A stretch of DNA of 64,000 nt from Campylobacterota bacterium (GTDB lineage: Bacteria; Campylobacterota; Campylobacteria; Campylobacterales; Arcobacteraceae): the NCBI GenBank assembly GCA_034718015.1, contig JAYEMI010000058.1:10-64009 (forward strand), written 5' to 3'. The notes beneath the pieces were generated by a model. That model had not been told where the DNA came from, searched no databases, and was given only the letters and a program-made list of their open reading frames with translations. Of this stretch, positions 1-10,653 are shown in pieces (position 1 is the first letter of the stretch; the number at the start of each line of letters is the position of its first letter). The position numbers and the translations under genes are program-made.

Positions 1-560
1 ACTTTTACAATGCTATGATATTTTTGATCAAATTTTAAAACTAATTTTCTTGTTTGGATACTTTGAACTTTAAAGGCTGTTTTTATCATCTGACCACTTA
101 CAACATCACCACTCTCTAGCTCTTTAGATACAACAATAGCATCAAATGGTGCTTTTAAAATTGTTTTTTCTAATAGTGCCTTTTGATACAATACTTGTGC
201 TTTTGCACTTTCATACTTTTGGGAATAACTATCAAATTTTGCTTCATCAATTATATTTTTTATCTTAACTTGTCTATCAAAATCTTTTTTTGCAAATTTC
301 AATGTAGTGTTATGAACTTTCAATAATGCTTTTAAGTCATCAGCTTTTAATGTAGCTAAAATATCACCTTTTTTTACAACTACTCCAATATCTACAGAAA
401 CTTCATCAACTATACCACTACTACTAAATGCAACATTTGCGCTATTTTTTGCTTCTACATCAAATGTAGCATAGATACTTTGTGCGTATAAATTTCCAAT
501 CAATAACAAACCAATTAATACTTTTTTGCCTGCAAACAGGATTCCACTTTGTTTCATCAT
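1..560 (-). CDS. Efflux RND transporter periplasmic adaptor (MFP), truncated by window edge
   Basis: My translation from ATG at 560 (ATGA overlap with TolC stop): MMKQSGILFAGKKVLIGLLL...SGIVDEVSVDIGVVVKKGDILATL...LKAPFDAIV; lipoyl-like half-motifs typical of MFPs. Confidence 0.85.
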   Translation of the reverse strand, partial: MMKQSGILFAGKKVLIGLLLIGNLYAQSIYATFDVEAKNSANVAFSSSGIVDEVSVDIGVVVKKGDILATLKADDLKALLKVHNTTLKFAKKDFDRQVKIKNIIDEAKFDSYSQKYESAKAQVLYQKALLEKTILKAPFDAIVVSKELESGDVVSGQMIKTAFKVQSIQTRKLVLKFDQKYHSIVK

Positions 561-1783
561 TTTATATACTCCCATAAATTTTTACCACTATGATAAATGA
601 TATTTGCTTTTTTTATCTCCAAGTCATATTCGGCTTTTTTTAATTGACTTGAAGCATTGTATTTTTCACTTAATGCCTCAAGGTATGCAATATTATCAAC
701 TAGTCCATTTTGATATTTACTTTGTATTGTTTCATATGTTGAATTTGCAGCTTTTAAACTAGCAAGTGCTGAAGCAATCTTTAACTTAGCTATTTCATAA
801 GCTTTAATTGAAAGCTTTAAATCCACACTCGCTTTATTCTTTTCGTATTCATACTTAGATTTCAATGATTGGTACTGTTTATAAATACTTTGATATTCAC
901 TTGATATTTTCCCAAAATCATATAAATTCCATGAAAAATTTAATTTAAATATATTTTGATTCTCTAAATTGTTATTATAAGTAGTATTGTCATAATCTAG
1001 TTGATAATTGTAATAAGTATTATCTAAACTTATTATTGGATGGTTTTTACTTTTGATAGCTTTTGCACTTTTTAAGATACTATCCATACTAAACTCTAAA
1101 GCTTTTATATCTGCTCTTAAATTATTTGTTTGTACAACTGGTTCATCTATGGTTGAACCAGTTGTAATTGTTATCTCTTTTTCTGTAAGATATTGCAAAT
1201 TATGTAAAATTGTTTGAATACTTAATTCTGTTTCATGAAGTATTACATTTGCTGTTTGAACTCTTGAGATAATTTTATCCACTTCATCACTGGTTGTTAT
1301 TCCTGCTTTTAAAAATCTTTTTAGTCTATCATATTGTGCATTTAATTGCTCTATCTCTTTTTGTTTTGCTTTTTTTTGTGATAACAATGATTGGTAGCTA
1401 AAATAATGATTTATCACCTGCAATGCTATATTGTTTTTTGTTGAGTTTAAATTTTCTTTTGTACTTTTAATTGTAGATTCATAAGAGTTGTAAAGTAAAC
1501 CTTTAGCTCCACCATCATATAAAGTATAGTTAATATTTGCATAGCTTATTAATGAACTCTTAGGTGTTGATATAGTTTCATTATCTGTATTACTATATGT
1601 AGTACCTATTGTTATGTTTGGTAAATAGCTATTTTGTATACTTTTATATTTATTTTGAGATATCTCTATATTATATTTTACTGAGTTTATAAGTTGGTTT
1701 TGCATTGAATAATTTATAAGTTCATTTAAATTTTCACTATGCAAGTATAATGAGGAGAGAATTATTAAAGATAGTTTTTTCAT
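557..1783 (-). CDS. TolC-family outer membrane efflux protein
   Basis: Signal peptide, OEP repeats (YLPNITIG, YTLYDGG, WNLYDFG, YQNGLVD); next to MFP gene. Confidence 0.9.
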   Translation of the reverse strand: MKKLSLIILSSLYLHSENLNELINYSMQNQLINSVKYNIEISQNKYKSIQNSYLPNITIGTTYSNTDNETISTPKSSLISYANINYTLYDGGAKGLLYNSYESTIKSTKENLNSTKNNIALQVINHYFSYQSLLSQKKAKQKEIEQLNAQYDRLKRFLKAGITTSDEVDKIISRVQTANVILHETELSIQTILHNLQYLTEKEITITTGSTIDEPVVQTNNLRADIKALEFSMDSILKSAKAIKSKNHPIISLDNTYYNYQLDYDNTTYNNNLENQNIFKLNFSWNLYDFGKISSEYQSIYKQYQSLKSKYEYEKNKASVDLKLSIKAYEIAKLKIASALASLKAANSTYETIQSKYQNGLVDNIAYLEALSEKYNASSQLKKAEYDLEIKKANIIYHSGKNLWEYIK

Positions 1784-1798
1784 ATTTCAACCTTTTTC

Positions 1799-1873
1799 AA
1801 CCGAACGGTTAGTTAATATTTAAGTGATTTTAATATATTTTTGTTTATACTTTTATTAACCGAACGGTTAGTT
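1799..1873. promoter_or_regulatory. Two identical copies of AACCGAACGGTTAGTT (1799-1814, 1858-1873), probable TetR operators
   Basis: 16-bp exact direct repeat with near-palindromic core AACCG-AA-CGGTT in the divergent tolC/tetR intergenic region. Confidence 0.75.
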
Positions 1874-1905
1874 GATGAAACTATTTAGATGATTTTAGGA
1901 TAAAA

Positions 1906-2505
1906 ATGACAAAAGATAATATATTGAAAATAGCTACACAAGAGTTCTCGCGCCTTGGATATGATGGGGTTAGTATGAATAACTTGGCTTCAGAGTTAAA
2001 ATTAAATAAAGCAACTATTTATTATCACTTTAAAGATAAAAAAAGTTTATATCAAGAGGTTATAAAATCTACTATTAAACATAATCAAACAAGTGCTGAA
2101 AATCTATTAATAACAGATATCGATATAAAGGATAAGTTTCAACAGTATATAAAGATATTAGTAGAAAAATTCCAAAAAAATCCTCAAATAGTATCAATAG
2201 TTTTAAGAGAGATGGCAAACTTAGGTAGAAATATAGAAAATGCAATAGAGGAAGATATAGAAAAAGAGATGATACCACTTGTAGAGATCCTTAATCAACT
2301 TGATTTAAAAGAAAAATACAAGGATATGGATTTTCATTTAATAAAGTCTCTTGTTATGGGAACTACTCTATCTTATTATTCGATTCAGATATCAAATATA
2401 GAATTAAACGGATTAAAGGAACTAAATAAAGATTCAGATAAAATTTTTGATTATATCAGTGAATTTATATCAAATATTTTACTTGATGCACTTTGTAGAA
2501 ACTAA
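1906..2505 (+). CDS. TetR/AcrR family transcriptional regulator
   Basis: N-terminal HTH: FSRLGYDGVSMNNLASELKLNKATIYYHFKDK. Confidence 0.92.
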   Translation: MTKDNILKIATQEFSRLGYDGVSMNNLASELKLNKATIYYHFKDKKSLYQEVIKSTIKHNQTSAENLLITDIDIKDKFQQYIKILVEKFQKNPQIVSIVLREMANLGRNIENAIEEDIEKEMIPLVEILNQLDLKEKYKDMDFHLIKSLVMGTTLSYYSIQISNIELNGLKELNKDSDKIFDYISEFISNILLDALCRN

Positions 2506-2590
2506 AAAATAGACAAGAATAACTTTTGCAAAATTTTATTGATTAATTTTATACCATCTTATAAGAACTTTTTTGATAAAATCCACCATT

Positions 2591-3106
2591 ATGAGAAAAG
2601 AAAATATTATACTAATTGGTTTTATGGGTGTTGGAAAAGGTACTGTAGCTCGTGCTTTAGTTAAGGCAACAGATTATTTCGCAGTTGATACTGATGATTT
2701 AATAGAGAGTATGGAAAATTTAAAAATCAAAAAAATTTTTGAACAAAAAGGTGAACCATACTTTAGAGCTCTAGAAGAAAGATGTGCTCTATGGTGTCAA
2801 AATAATTTAACAGGTACAATAATATCAACAGGTGGTGGGTTTTATAAGCAATCCAATATTAAAGATATTGGTAAAATTATATATTTAGAGTCAACTTTTG
2901 ATAAAATTTTAGAAGGTTTGCATAATGCACCTAATTCTAAAAAGAAACTAAAAAAAAGACCATTACTAAATGATTTGACAGAAGCTAGAAAAATCTACAA
3001 TCAAAGAGTCCAAGAGTATAAGAGTGTAGCAGATATAACAATAAATGTAGAAGATTGGGATGAAAATATAGCTGTGGAAAATATTTTAAAAGCATTAGAT
3101 AAATAA
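2591..3106 (+). CDS. aroK: Shikimate kinase
   Basis: P-loop IGFMGVGKGT, DTD, GEPYFRALE, STGGG, RPLL; start placed at ATG 2591. Confidence 0.92.
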   Translation: MRKENIILIGFMGVGKGTVARALVKATDYFAVDTDDLIESMENLKIKKIFEQKGEPYFRALEERCALWCQNNLTGTIISTGGGFYKQSNIKDIGKIIYLESTFDKILEGLHNAPNSKKKLKKRPLLNDLTEARKIYNQRVQEYKSVADITINVEDWDENIAVENILKALDK

Positions 3107-3115
3107 GGACTAAAC

Positions 3116-4408
3116 TTGAAAATAATAAATACAAAAGATAAAAACTTTGATGATGAATTTAAAGAGATATTGGGTCGAGCTAAGGTCGATATAAAAAAAG
3201 TATCTTCTATAGTAAATGGAATTATTGATGAGATAGTTGAAAATGGGAATAAAGCTGTAAAAGAGCATATTACAAAATTTGACAATTGGTCACCAGTAGA
3301 AGATAATGATTTATTTGTAGATACAAAAGATATGGAAAGTGCTTACAATAACATAGATGAAAAATTAAAAGAATCACTTCACTTAGCATATGATAGAATA
3401 AAAACATATCATGAAAAACAGCTACCAAAATCTTGGATAGATTTTGAAGACAATGGTACAATTTTAGGTCAAAAAGTAACAGCAGTTGATAGAGCAGGGC
3501 TTTATATCCCTGGTGGAAAAGCTGCTTATCCATCGTCTTTACTTATGAATGCAATTCCAGCAATCGTAGCTGGTGTTGAAGAGATAGTAGTATGTACACC
3601 AACACCTGATAATGAACCAAATGAATTACTTTTGGCAGCTTGTCACCTTTGTGGTATAAAAACAGTTATGAAAGTTGGGGGAGCAAGTGCAATTGCTGCT
3701 ATGGCTTATGGAACTGAGTCACTAAAAAAAGTTGATGTTATTACTGGACCTGGAAATATTTTTGTTGCAACTGCAAAAAAACTTGTATTTGGTGAAGTAA
3801 ATATAGATATGATAGCAGGTCCAAGTGAGATAGGAATTTTAGCAGATGAGACTGCAAAACCAAAATATTTAGCAATTGATCTACTCTCCCAAGCAGAGCA
3901 TGATGAGATGGCAAGCTCAATACTCATTACTACAGATGAATCTATAGCAAATCAAACAAGTGATGAGGTTGATAACTATTTAAAAGTTTTAAGTAGAACA
4001 GAAATAGCAAAAAAATCAATAGATGAGAGAGGTTGTATTATAGTTGCTAATACAATGGATGAAGCAATTGATCTTATGAATGAGATTGCACCTGAGCACT
4101 TAGAGGTGATGACGAATAATCCATTTGATCTTTTAGCAAAAATAAAACATGCAGGGGCAATTTTCTTAGGTGAAAATACACCTGAACCTATTGGGGATTA
4201 TGTAGCAGGTCCAAATCATACACTTCCAACAGGAGGAACTGCTAAGTTTTACAGCCCTTTAAATGTTGAGAATTTTATGAAAAAAAGTTCAATTATAAGT
4301 TTTTCGCAAGATGCTATAAATAGTATAGGTGAGCAATGTGCCTTATTGGCTGATACTGAAGGTCTTACAGCACATGCTGAATCTGTAAGAGTAAGAATAA
4401 AAAAATAA
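3116..4408 (+). CDS. hisD: Histidinol dehydrogenase
   Basis: GLYIPGGKAAYPSS, GPGNIFV, DMIAGPSE, DLLSQAEHD, APEHLE, AGPNHTLPT; TTG start after AAGGA. Confidence 0.97.
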   Translation: MKIINTKDKNFDDEFKEILGRAKVDIKKVSSIVNGIIDEIVENGNKAVKEHITKFDNWSPVEDNDLFVDTKDMESAYNNIDEKLKESLHLAYDRIKTYHEKQLPKSWIDFEDNGTILGQKVTAVDRAGLYIPGGKAAYPSSLLMNAIPAIVAGVEEIVVCTPTPDNEPNELLLAACHLCGIKTVMKVGGASAIAAMAYGTESLKKVDVITGPGNIFVATAKKLVFGEVNIDMIAGPSEIGILADETAKPKYLAIDLLSQAEHDEMASSILITTDESIANQTSDEVDNYLKVLSRTEIAKKSIDERGCIIVANTMDEAIDLMNEIAPEHLEVMTNNPFDLLAKIKHAGAIFLGENTPEPIGDYVAGPNHTLPTGGTAKFYSPLNVENFMKKSSIISFSQDAINSIGEQCALLADTEGLTAHAESVRVRIKK

Positions 4409-4430
4409 TATAAATATAAAAGGAGATAAA

Positions 4431-4727
4431 ATGAGTAATTATGAAGCGCTATTTGAAGATGAGGATAATGTATTTGGAGGAAGTCCAAAGTCTAAGTTTT
4501 GGGATATTTTAAATACTGCAAGTGATGAGTTAGTAAAAGATCAAATGGATCAATTTTTCGAAAAGTTCACAGTAATGGAAACGCTATTGATGAAAGAGCA
4601 TGGTGAACAAGGACTTGATAAGCTAATACAAGATTATTCATTTGAAAACTCAAGTGAATTAGAGTTTAATAAAAAAAGTACATATATAGAGCTAGCAGGT
4701 GAAATTGTTTGTAGGTTAGATAGTTAA
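4431..4727 (+). CDS. Conserved Campylobacterota small acidic protein (DUF2018-like)
   Basis: FGGSPKSKFWDI motif, strong SD (AAGGAG), sits upstream of polyprenyl synthase. Confidence 0.65.
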   Translation: MSNYEALFEDEDNVFGGSPKSKFWDILNTASDELVKDQMDQFFEKFTVMETLLMKEHGEQGLDKLIQDYSFENSSELEFNKKSTYIELAGEIVCRLDS

Positions 4728-4735
4728 TAATTATT

Positions 4736-5632
4736 ATGGAAGAGCTAACTCAAGTAAAGCAACAGATAATAGAGTTTGTAAAAGATTGTAATGATTCAAG
4801 AAGTTTAGAGCTATTTGACCTATTATCGGAGGGTAAAATGCTTCGATCTAAATTAATTTTGAAAATTGCAGGTGTATCAGAAGTAAGTATAAAACTTTGT
4901 GCAATAGTTGAGATGATTCAATCAGCTTCTCTTTTGCATGATGATGTAATAGATGAAGCAGATACAAGAAGAGGAAAACCATCAATAAATGCATTGTTTG
5001 ACAATAAAACTTCAATTATGTTTGGAGATATTTTATATTCAAAAGCATTTACGGAACTCACAACAATGGACAAAGAGATCGCTTATATAATAGCATCATC
5101 CGTAACAAAACTTAGTATTGGTGAGTTGCATGATGTAGAGATGGCAAATAGTTTTAATAGATCATATGATAAGTATTTTAATATGATTTATAATAAAACT
5201 GCATCTTTAATTGAAGCTAGTGCTGCAAGTGCAGCGATAATAGCTTCTAAAGATAAAGATGCTTTTGCTTTATATGGAAAAAATTTAGGGCTTGCTTTTC
5301 AGATGATTGATGATATTTTAGATATTACTCAAGATAGTGATACTTTGGGAAAACCAGCTATGCTTGATTTTGTTGAAGGGAAAGTGACTATTCCGTATTT
5401 ACTTTTGCATGACAGAATTGAGGATAAACAAAAACTAAAGTCATTATATAAAAAAGAATTAAATAGTGATGAGCAAGCTTGGATTAAAGATGAGATGATA
5501 AAGCATAATGTTTTAATTGATAGTATATCTCAAGCACAAACATTAGGACTTGAAGCTGTTGAAGCTATTAAAGATGATGAAAATGAAGATTTAAAAAGCA
5601 TAATGAATCAGATGATAAATAGGAACTTTTAG
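4736..5632 (+). CDS. ispB: Polyprenyl (octaprenyl) diphosphate synthase
   Basis: GKMLR, LLHDDVID..RRG, KTA, FQMIDDILD. Confidence 0.9.
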   Translation: MEELTQVKQQIIEFVKDCNDSRSLELFDLLSEGKMLRSKLILKIAGVSEVSIKLCAIVEMIQSASLLHDDVIDEADTRRGKPSINALFDNKTSIMFGDILYSKAFTELTTMDKEIAYIIASSVTKLSIGELHDVEMANSFNRSYDKYFNMIYNKTASLIEASAASAAIIASKDKDAFALYGKNLGLAFQMIDDILDITQDSDTLGKPAMLDFVEGKVTIPYLLLHDRIEDKQKLKSLYKKELNSDEQAWIKDEMIKHNVLIDSISQAQTLGLEAVEAIKDDENEDLKSIMNQMINRNF

Positions 5633-5651
5633 TATATGCAAAAGTAAAGAG

Positions 5652-5692
5652 AATAAAAAAAGGTCACTTTTTAAAAGTGACCTTTTTTTATT
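5652..5692. terminator. Bidirectional intrinsic terminator between convergent ispB and accA
   Basis: AAAAAAAGGTCACTTT...AAAGTGACCTTTTTTT inverted repeat with A/T tails on both sides. Confidence 0.85.
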
Positions 5693-5703
5693 AGTAAACT
5701 TGG

Positions 5704-6636
5704 TTAGGCAAAATTACCTAAACTCATAAGTCTTGCATATCGATCTTCATCTCTTTGCTCTTTAGATATTTGTTTTAATTCATTAACACTATCTATAAAA
5801 TAATTTCCTAGGGCTTGTACAGCATTGTCTCTATCTCTATGAGCTCCTATTAATGGTTCATTTATTACATCATCTATTAGATTGTATTCTTTTAAATCAG
5901 TTGAAGTTATTTTAAGAGCTTTTGTTGCAGTTTCAACCATAGCTTGATCCTTCCATAAAATACTCGCACAACCTTCAGGTGAAATAACACTATAAACACT
6001 GTATCTCATCATTGCTAATTTATCACCAATAGATATAGCTAAAGCACCACCAGATCCACCTTCTCCTATAACTACAGATACTATAATAGTATCAAGGTCA
6101 CTTAGTTCAAAAAGGTTTCTGGCAATTGCCTCACTTTGACTTCTCTCTTCAGCTCCAATACCAGGGTAAGCACCTGGAGTATCAACTAAAAATAGAATAG
6201 GAATTTGAAATTTTTCAGCTAATTTAGCTGCTCTTAAAGCTTTTCTATAACCTTCAGGATTTGGCATTCCAAAATTTCTTTTGATTTTATTTTTAACGCC
6301 TCTACCTTTTTGTTCACCGATAACTACACATTTTTGATCACCTATATAACCTAAATAACAAACAATAGCTTGATCATCAGCTAAATGTCTATCTCCGTGT
6401 ATCTCATAAGAGTCTGTCATTAAACCTCTTATATAATCTAAAGCATATGGTCTATCAGGGTGTCTTGCTAATTTTAACTTTTGAAAATCAGTTAAATTAG
6501 AGTATGTTTTTTCAACTTCTGTTGATAACTTTTTTTCTAAAATAGAAACTGCATATTCGTCAGCTTTTGTCTTAGCAACAATAATCTCATCTTCAATTTT
6601 TTTTAAACCTTCTTCGAAATCTAAATATGTTGCCAT
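5704..6636 (-). CDS. accA: Acetyl-CoA carboxylase carboxyltransferase alpha subunit
   Basis: [39 protein letters not shown]. Confidence 0.97.
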   Translation of the reverse strand: MATYLDFEEGLKKIEDEIIVAKTKADEYAVSILEKKLSTEVEKTYSNLTDFQKLKLARHPDRPYALDYIRGLMTDSYEIHGDRHLADDQAIVCYLGYIGDQKCVVIGEQKGRGVKNKIKRNFGMPNPEGYRKALRAAKLAEKFQIPILFLVDTPGAYPGIGAEERSQSEAIARNLFELSDLDTIIVSVVIGEGGSGGALAISIGDKLAMMRYSVYSVISPEGCASILWKDQAMVETATKALKITSTDLKEYNLIDDVINEPLIGAHRDRDNAVQALGNYFIDSVNELKQISKEQRDEDRYARLMSLGNFA

Positions 6637-6646
6637 AAATTAATAC

Positions 6647-7900
6647 CTACTTTTTATACTTTTTCATAATAATAACGCCATTTGTTCCACCAAAACCAAA
6701 AGAGTTACTCATAACAATATCTAATTGCGCTTCTCTTGCTGTATTTGGTACATAATCTAAATCACAATTTTCATCAGATTCTATCTGGTTTATTGTTGGC
6801 GGTATGATTCCATTTTGCATAGCTTTTATTGATATAATAGCCTCTAAAGCTCCAGCAGCCCCCAAACAGTGTCCAATTTGACCTTTAGTTGAAGTTACAG
6901 GAGGAATATCTTGCTTACCTTCAAATAATGATTTTAGTGCAGCTGTTTCATTTTTGTCATTTACAGGAGTACTTGTTCCGTGTGCATTTACATAATCAAC
7001 TTTTAATTCACCACCATTATTTTTTAAAGCCATATTATATGCGGCTTTCATAGCTCTTAATGGACCATCTTGTGTAGGAGTTGTAATATGATTTGCATCA
7101 CCACTCTCACCAAATCCTAAAACTTCAGCATAAATATTTGCACCTCTTGCTTGTGCAGATTCAAGAGTCTCTAATACTAAAGCTCCAGCACCTTCACCCA
7201 TTACAAAACCATCTCTATTTTTATCAAAAGGTCTTGAAGCTGTTTTTGGATCATCATTTCTAGTACTAAGTGCTTTCATAGAAGCAAAACCACCAACTCC
7301 TGCTCCACATACTGCTGATTCAGCTCCAATAACAAGCATTTTTGACGCACCACCCATAGCAATAGTTTTAACTGCTTCACCAATTGCATGAGTTCCTGCT
7401 GCACAAGCAGTTACTACTGAAAGATTTGGACCTTTTAGGTTGTGTTGAATAGATATGAAACCACCGAGCATATTAACTAAAGAGGAAGGGATAAAAAATG
7501 GAGATATTTTAGAAGGTCCTCTTCCATTGCAAACAATAGAGTTTTTTTCAATATTAGGTAATCCACCAATACCTGAAGCAGAAACAATACCAAAATCATC
7601 AGCGATTGTATTATCAACTTTATTATCTGTTACAATTTTAGCATCTATCATAGCTTCTTGTGCTGCATGTATACCTAATTGAATAAATCTATCTGCTTTT
7701 TTAGCCTCTTTCTTACCTAAAATAGCTGTAGGATCAAACTCTTTTACCTCTCCTGCAATTTGTGCTGAAAATTGTGAAGCATCAAATAGAGTAATAGTAT
7801 CTATTCCTGTTTTACCCTCAACTATAGCATTAAAAGATTCTTCTACATTGTGTCCAAGTGAATTTATCATCCCTATACCAGTTACTACAATTTTTTGCAT
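6647..7900 (-). CDS. fabF: Beta-ketoacyl-ACP synthase II
   Basis: TACAAG, NAHGTST, GHCLGAAG, SNSFGFGGTN; start placed at ATG 7900 after GGAG. Confidence 0.96.
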   Translation of the reverse strand: MQKIVVTGIGMINSLGHNVEESFNAIVEGKTGIDTITLFDASQFSAQIAGEVKEFDPTAILGKKEAKKADRFIQLGIHAAQEAMIDAKIVTDNKVDNTIADDFGIVSASGIGGLPNIEKNSIVCNGRGPSKISPFFIPSSLVNMLGGFISIQHNLKGPNLSVVTACAAGTHAIGEAVKTIAMGGASKMLVIGAESAVCGAGVGGFASMKALSTRNDDPKTASRPFDKNRDGFVMGEGAGALVLETLESAQARGANIYAEVLGFGESGDANHITTPTQDGPLRAMKAAYNMALKNNGGELKVDYVNAHGTSTPVNDKNETAALKSLFEGKQDIPPVTSTKGQIGHCLGAAGALEAIISIKAMQNGIIPPTINQIESDENCDLDYVPNTAREAQLDIVMSNSFGFGGTNGVIIMKKYKK

Positions 7901-7983
7901 ATTTATTTTCTCCATTTTCTAAATTAATATTATAATATTTAAAATAAAATTTATTTAAGTAAATTCTATTTTAAATATTAGAC

Positions 7984-8007
7984 AAGGATAGACTGAACTC
8001 TATCCTT
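7984..8007 (-). terminator. Hairpin directly after acpP (terminator or stability element)
   Basis: AAGGATAGA-ctgaac-TCTATCCTT; a second long AT hairpin follows at 7933-7980. Confidence 0.55.
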
Positions 8008-8018
8008 TAATTTAAAGA

Positions 8019-8243
8019 TTATTTGCTATCTTCTATATATTTTATTGCATCTGCAACAGTTAATATACCTTCAGCATCTTCATCTGGAATCTCAATATCA
8101 AATTCCTCTTCAAGAGCCATAACTAATTCAACTACATCAAGTGAATCTGCACCTAAATCCTCAATAAATTTTGAATCTTCTTTTACTTCTTCTGCATTAC
8201 AGTCTAATTGTTCAACAACTACTGCTTTTACTTTTTCTAACAT
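8019..8243 (-). CDS. acpP: Acyl carrier protein
   Basis: [20 protein letters not shown]; start MLEKVK at 8243 after AAGGAAG. Confidence 0.97.
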   Translation of the reverse strand: MLEKVKAVVVEQLDCNAEEVKEDSKFIEDLGADSLDVVELVMALEEEFDIEIPDEDAEGILTVADAIKYIEDSK

Positions 8244-8381
8244 TTTAGCTTCCTTTTTTATTAAATTTCGGCTTATTGTATCATATTTTATTTGAAAATT
8301 AGTTTTAATTCTTTTTGATAATTTATTTAATGAAAAAATAAATATAGAAAAATATAATATTTGTAATAGTTGAAGCAATAA

Positions 8382-8396
8382 TTAGCTATAATCGCG
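8382..8396 (+). promoter_or_regulatory. Probable sigma70 -10 box for typA
   Basis: TTAGC-TATAAT-CGCG, 28 bp upstream of the typA ATG. Confidence 0.6.
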
Positions 8397-8420
8397 AAAA
8401 TTTAATAAAAAAGAGAAAAA

Positions 8421-10238
8421 ATGAGAGAAATAAGAAATATTGCCGTTATCGCGCACGTTGACCACGGTAAAACTACACTTGTTGATGAGTTATTAAAACA
8501 ATCAGGAACATTTGGTGAAAGAGATGAAACTGAAGATAGAATGATGGATAGTAATGATATCGAAAAAGAGAGAGGGATTACAATCCTTGCTAAAAATACT
8601 GCTATTGATTATAAAGATGTAAGAATCAATATTATAGATACTCCGGGCCATGCTGACTTTGGTGGAGAGGTTGAGCGAGTTTTAAAAATGGTTGATAGTG
8701 TATTGTTACTTGTTGATGCACAAGAGGGTGTTATGCCACAAACTAAGTTTGTTGTTAAAAAAGCTTTAGAGATTGGACATAGACCAATTGTTGTTGTAAA
8801 TAAGATTGATAAACCTGCTGGTGAACCGGATAGAGTTGTTGATGAAGTATTTGACCTATTTGACCAAATGGGTGCAACAGAAGAGCAACTTGAATTTCCA
8901 GTTATTTATGCTGCAGCAAAAAATGGTATCTCTAAATTAGCTTTAGATGATGATAGTGAGACAATGATCCCTTTACTTGATATGATTTTAGAAGAGGTTC
9001 CTGCTCCAACAGGTTCTGATGATAATGGTCTTCAGCTTCAAGTGTTTACACTTGGATATGATAACTTTATTGGTAAAATTGGAATCGCTAGAATATTTAA
9101 TGGTACAATTTCAATGGGTGAGAGTGTAACTTTAGTAAAAGCTGATGGTGAAAAAGTAAATGGTAGAATATCTAAGCTTATCGGGTTTAAAGGTTTAGAG
9201 AAAATGGATATTGATAAAGCTGGTCATGGTGATATTGTTGCTATTGCTGGTTTTGAGACAGTTGATGTGGGAGATTCTTTATGTGATCCTAAAAACCCAA
9301 TGCCACTTGATCCTTTACATATTGAAGAGCCAACATTATCTGTTACATTTGCAGTAAATAACTCTCCATTAGCTGGAACAGAGGGTAAATTTGTAACTTC
9401 TAACAAAATTCAAGAGAGACTTGATTCTGAGATGAATACAAATATTGCTATGCAATATGAATCAAAAGGTGAAGCAGCATTTGAAGTGCGAGGAAGAGGT
9501 GAATTACAGATCACAATTCTTGCTGAGAATATGAGAAGAGAAGGTTTTGAGTTTTCTATATCTAGACCAGAAGTTATTGTTAAAGAGATTGATGGTGTTA
9601 AGTGTGAGCCATTTGAGCATTTAGTTTGTGATGTTCCTGATGAATTTTCTGGTTCTGTAATCGAAACTTTAGGTAAAAGAAAAGCTGTAATGTCAAATAT
9701 GACACCAATGGGTGATGGTCAAACTAGAATAGAGTTTGAAATACCTGCAAGAGGATTAATCGGTTATAGAGGTCAATTCTTAACTGATACAAAAGGTGAG
9801 GGTGTTATGAATCACTCATTTTTAGAGTTTAGAGCATATTCAGGTTCAGTTACATCTAGAATGAATGGTGCTTTAGTATCTATGGAGGCTGGTGAAGCTG
9901 TTGCATACTCAATCTTTAATCTTCAAGATAGAGGTATTATGTTTGTATCTCCGCAAGATAAAGTTTATGGTGGTATGGTTATTGGTGAGCATGCAAGAGC
10001 AAATGACCTTGATGTTAATCCTGTAAAAGCTAAACAACAATCAAATGTTAGATCTTCAGGGGCTGATGAAGCTATTAAAATTATTCCAGCACGTGATATG
10101 TCTTTAGAGCATGCTTTAGAGTGGATTGAAGATGATGAGCTTGTTGAAGTTACTCCTATTTCTGTTAGAATTAGAAAAAGAGAGCTTGATCCTTCAAAAA
10201 GACGAAGATTAGAAAAAATCAAGAAAGATTTAAAATAA
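8421..10238 (+). CDS. typA: Translational GTPase TypA/BipA
   Basis: [41 protein letters not shown]. Confidence 0.97.
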   Translation: MREIRNIAVIAHVDHGKTTLVDELLKQSGTFGERDETEDRMMDSNDIEKERGITILAKNTAIDYKDVRINIIDTPGHADFGGEVERVLKMVDSVLLLVDAQEGVMPQTKFVVKKALEIGHRPIVVVNKIDKPAGEPDRVVDEVFDLFDQMGATEEQLEFPVIYAAAKNGISKLALDDDSETMIPLLDMILEEVPAPTGSDDNGLQLQVFTLGYDNFIGKIGIARIFNGTISMGESVTLVKADGEKVNGRISKLIGFKGLEKMDIDKAGHGDIVAIAGFETVDVGDSLCDPKNPMPLDPLHIEEPTLSVTFAVNNSPLAGTEGKFVTSNKIQERLDSEMNTNIAMQYESKGEAAFEVRGRGELQITILAENMRREGFEFSISRPEVIVKEIDGVKCEPFEHLVCDVPDEFSGSVIETLGKRKAVMSNMTPMGDGQTRIEFEIPARGLIGYRGQFLTDTKGEGVMNHSFLEFRAYSGSVTSRMNGALVSMEAGEAVAYSIFNLQDRGIMFVSPQDKVYGGMVIGEHARANDLDVNPVKAKQQSNVRSSGADEAIKIIPARDMSLEHALEWIEDDELVEVTPISVRIRKRELDPSKRRRLEKIKKDLK

Positions 10239-10648
10239 AATTATCTTCTAACTCAATATGCCCTTGTGGAAGTGGCAACAAATATAAAAAATGTTGCCAA
10301 CCTTACCACAAAGGGATATTTCCTAAAACTGCTTTACAACTTATGCGTTCTAGATATTGTGCATTTTCAATAAAAAACTATAGATATATAATAAAAACTA
10401 CACACAGTGAAAATCAAGATTTTACAAACAATATTGAAAAGTGGCAACAAGATATTTTAGAGTTTTGTAACTCAAGTGATTTTAGAGGATTGGAAATTTT
10501 AGAATTTTTAGATGGGGTAGATGAATCATTTGTAACATTTAAAGCAAATATATATTGTAAAAATAAAAATAACTCATTTATTGAAAAAAGCAAGTTTTTA
10601 AAAGTGAATAATATTTGGCTTTATCATAGAGGAATATTTATAAAATAA
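10235..10648 (+). CDS. YchJ family SEC-C motif protein (start uncertain: ATA 10235, first ATG 10343)
   Basis: In-frame upstream extension encodes [17 protein letters not shown], followed by [13 protein letters not shown] and the EKSKF..WLY YchJ signature. Confidence 0.8.
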   Translation: MKLSSNSICPCGSGNKYKKCCQPYHKGIFPKTALQLMRSRYCAFSIKNYRYIIKTTHSENQDFTNNIEKWQQDILEFCNSSDFRGLEILEFLDGVDESFVTFKANIYCKNKNNSFIEKSKFLKVNNIWLYHRGIFIK

Positions 10649-10653
10649 AATAA

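Noticed and set aside
1360-1445. Poly-A/T runs as phase-variation tracts
   Set aside because: Runs of 7-9 A/T are expected from Lys codons in AT-rich DNA; no poly-G/C tracts or broken frames seen
8244-8378. N-terminal extensions in the ORF track for acpP (also aroK, fabF, flgH, rplT, rimO, fliJ-like)
   Set aside because: Downstream ATGs match family N-termini, most with an SD; the extensions run through promoter DNA or upstream genes
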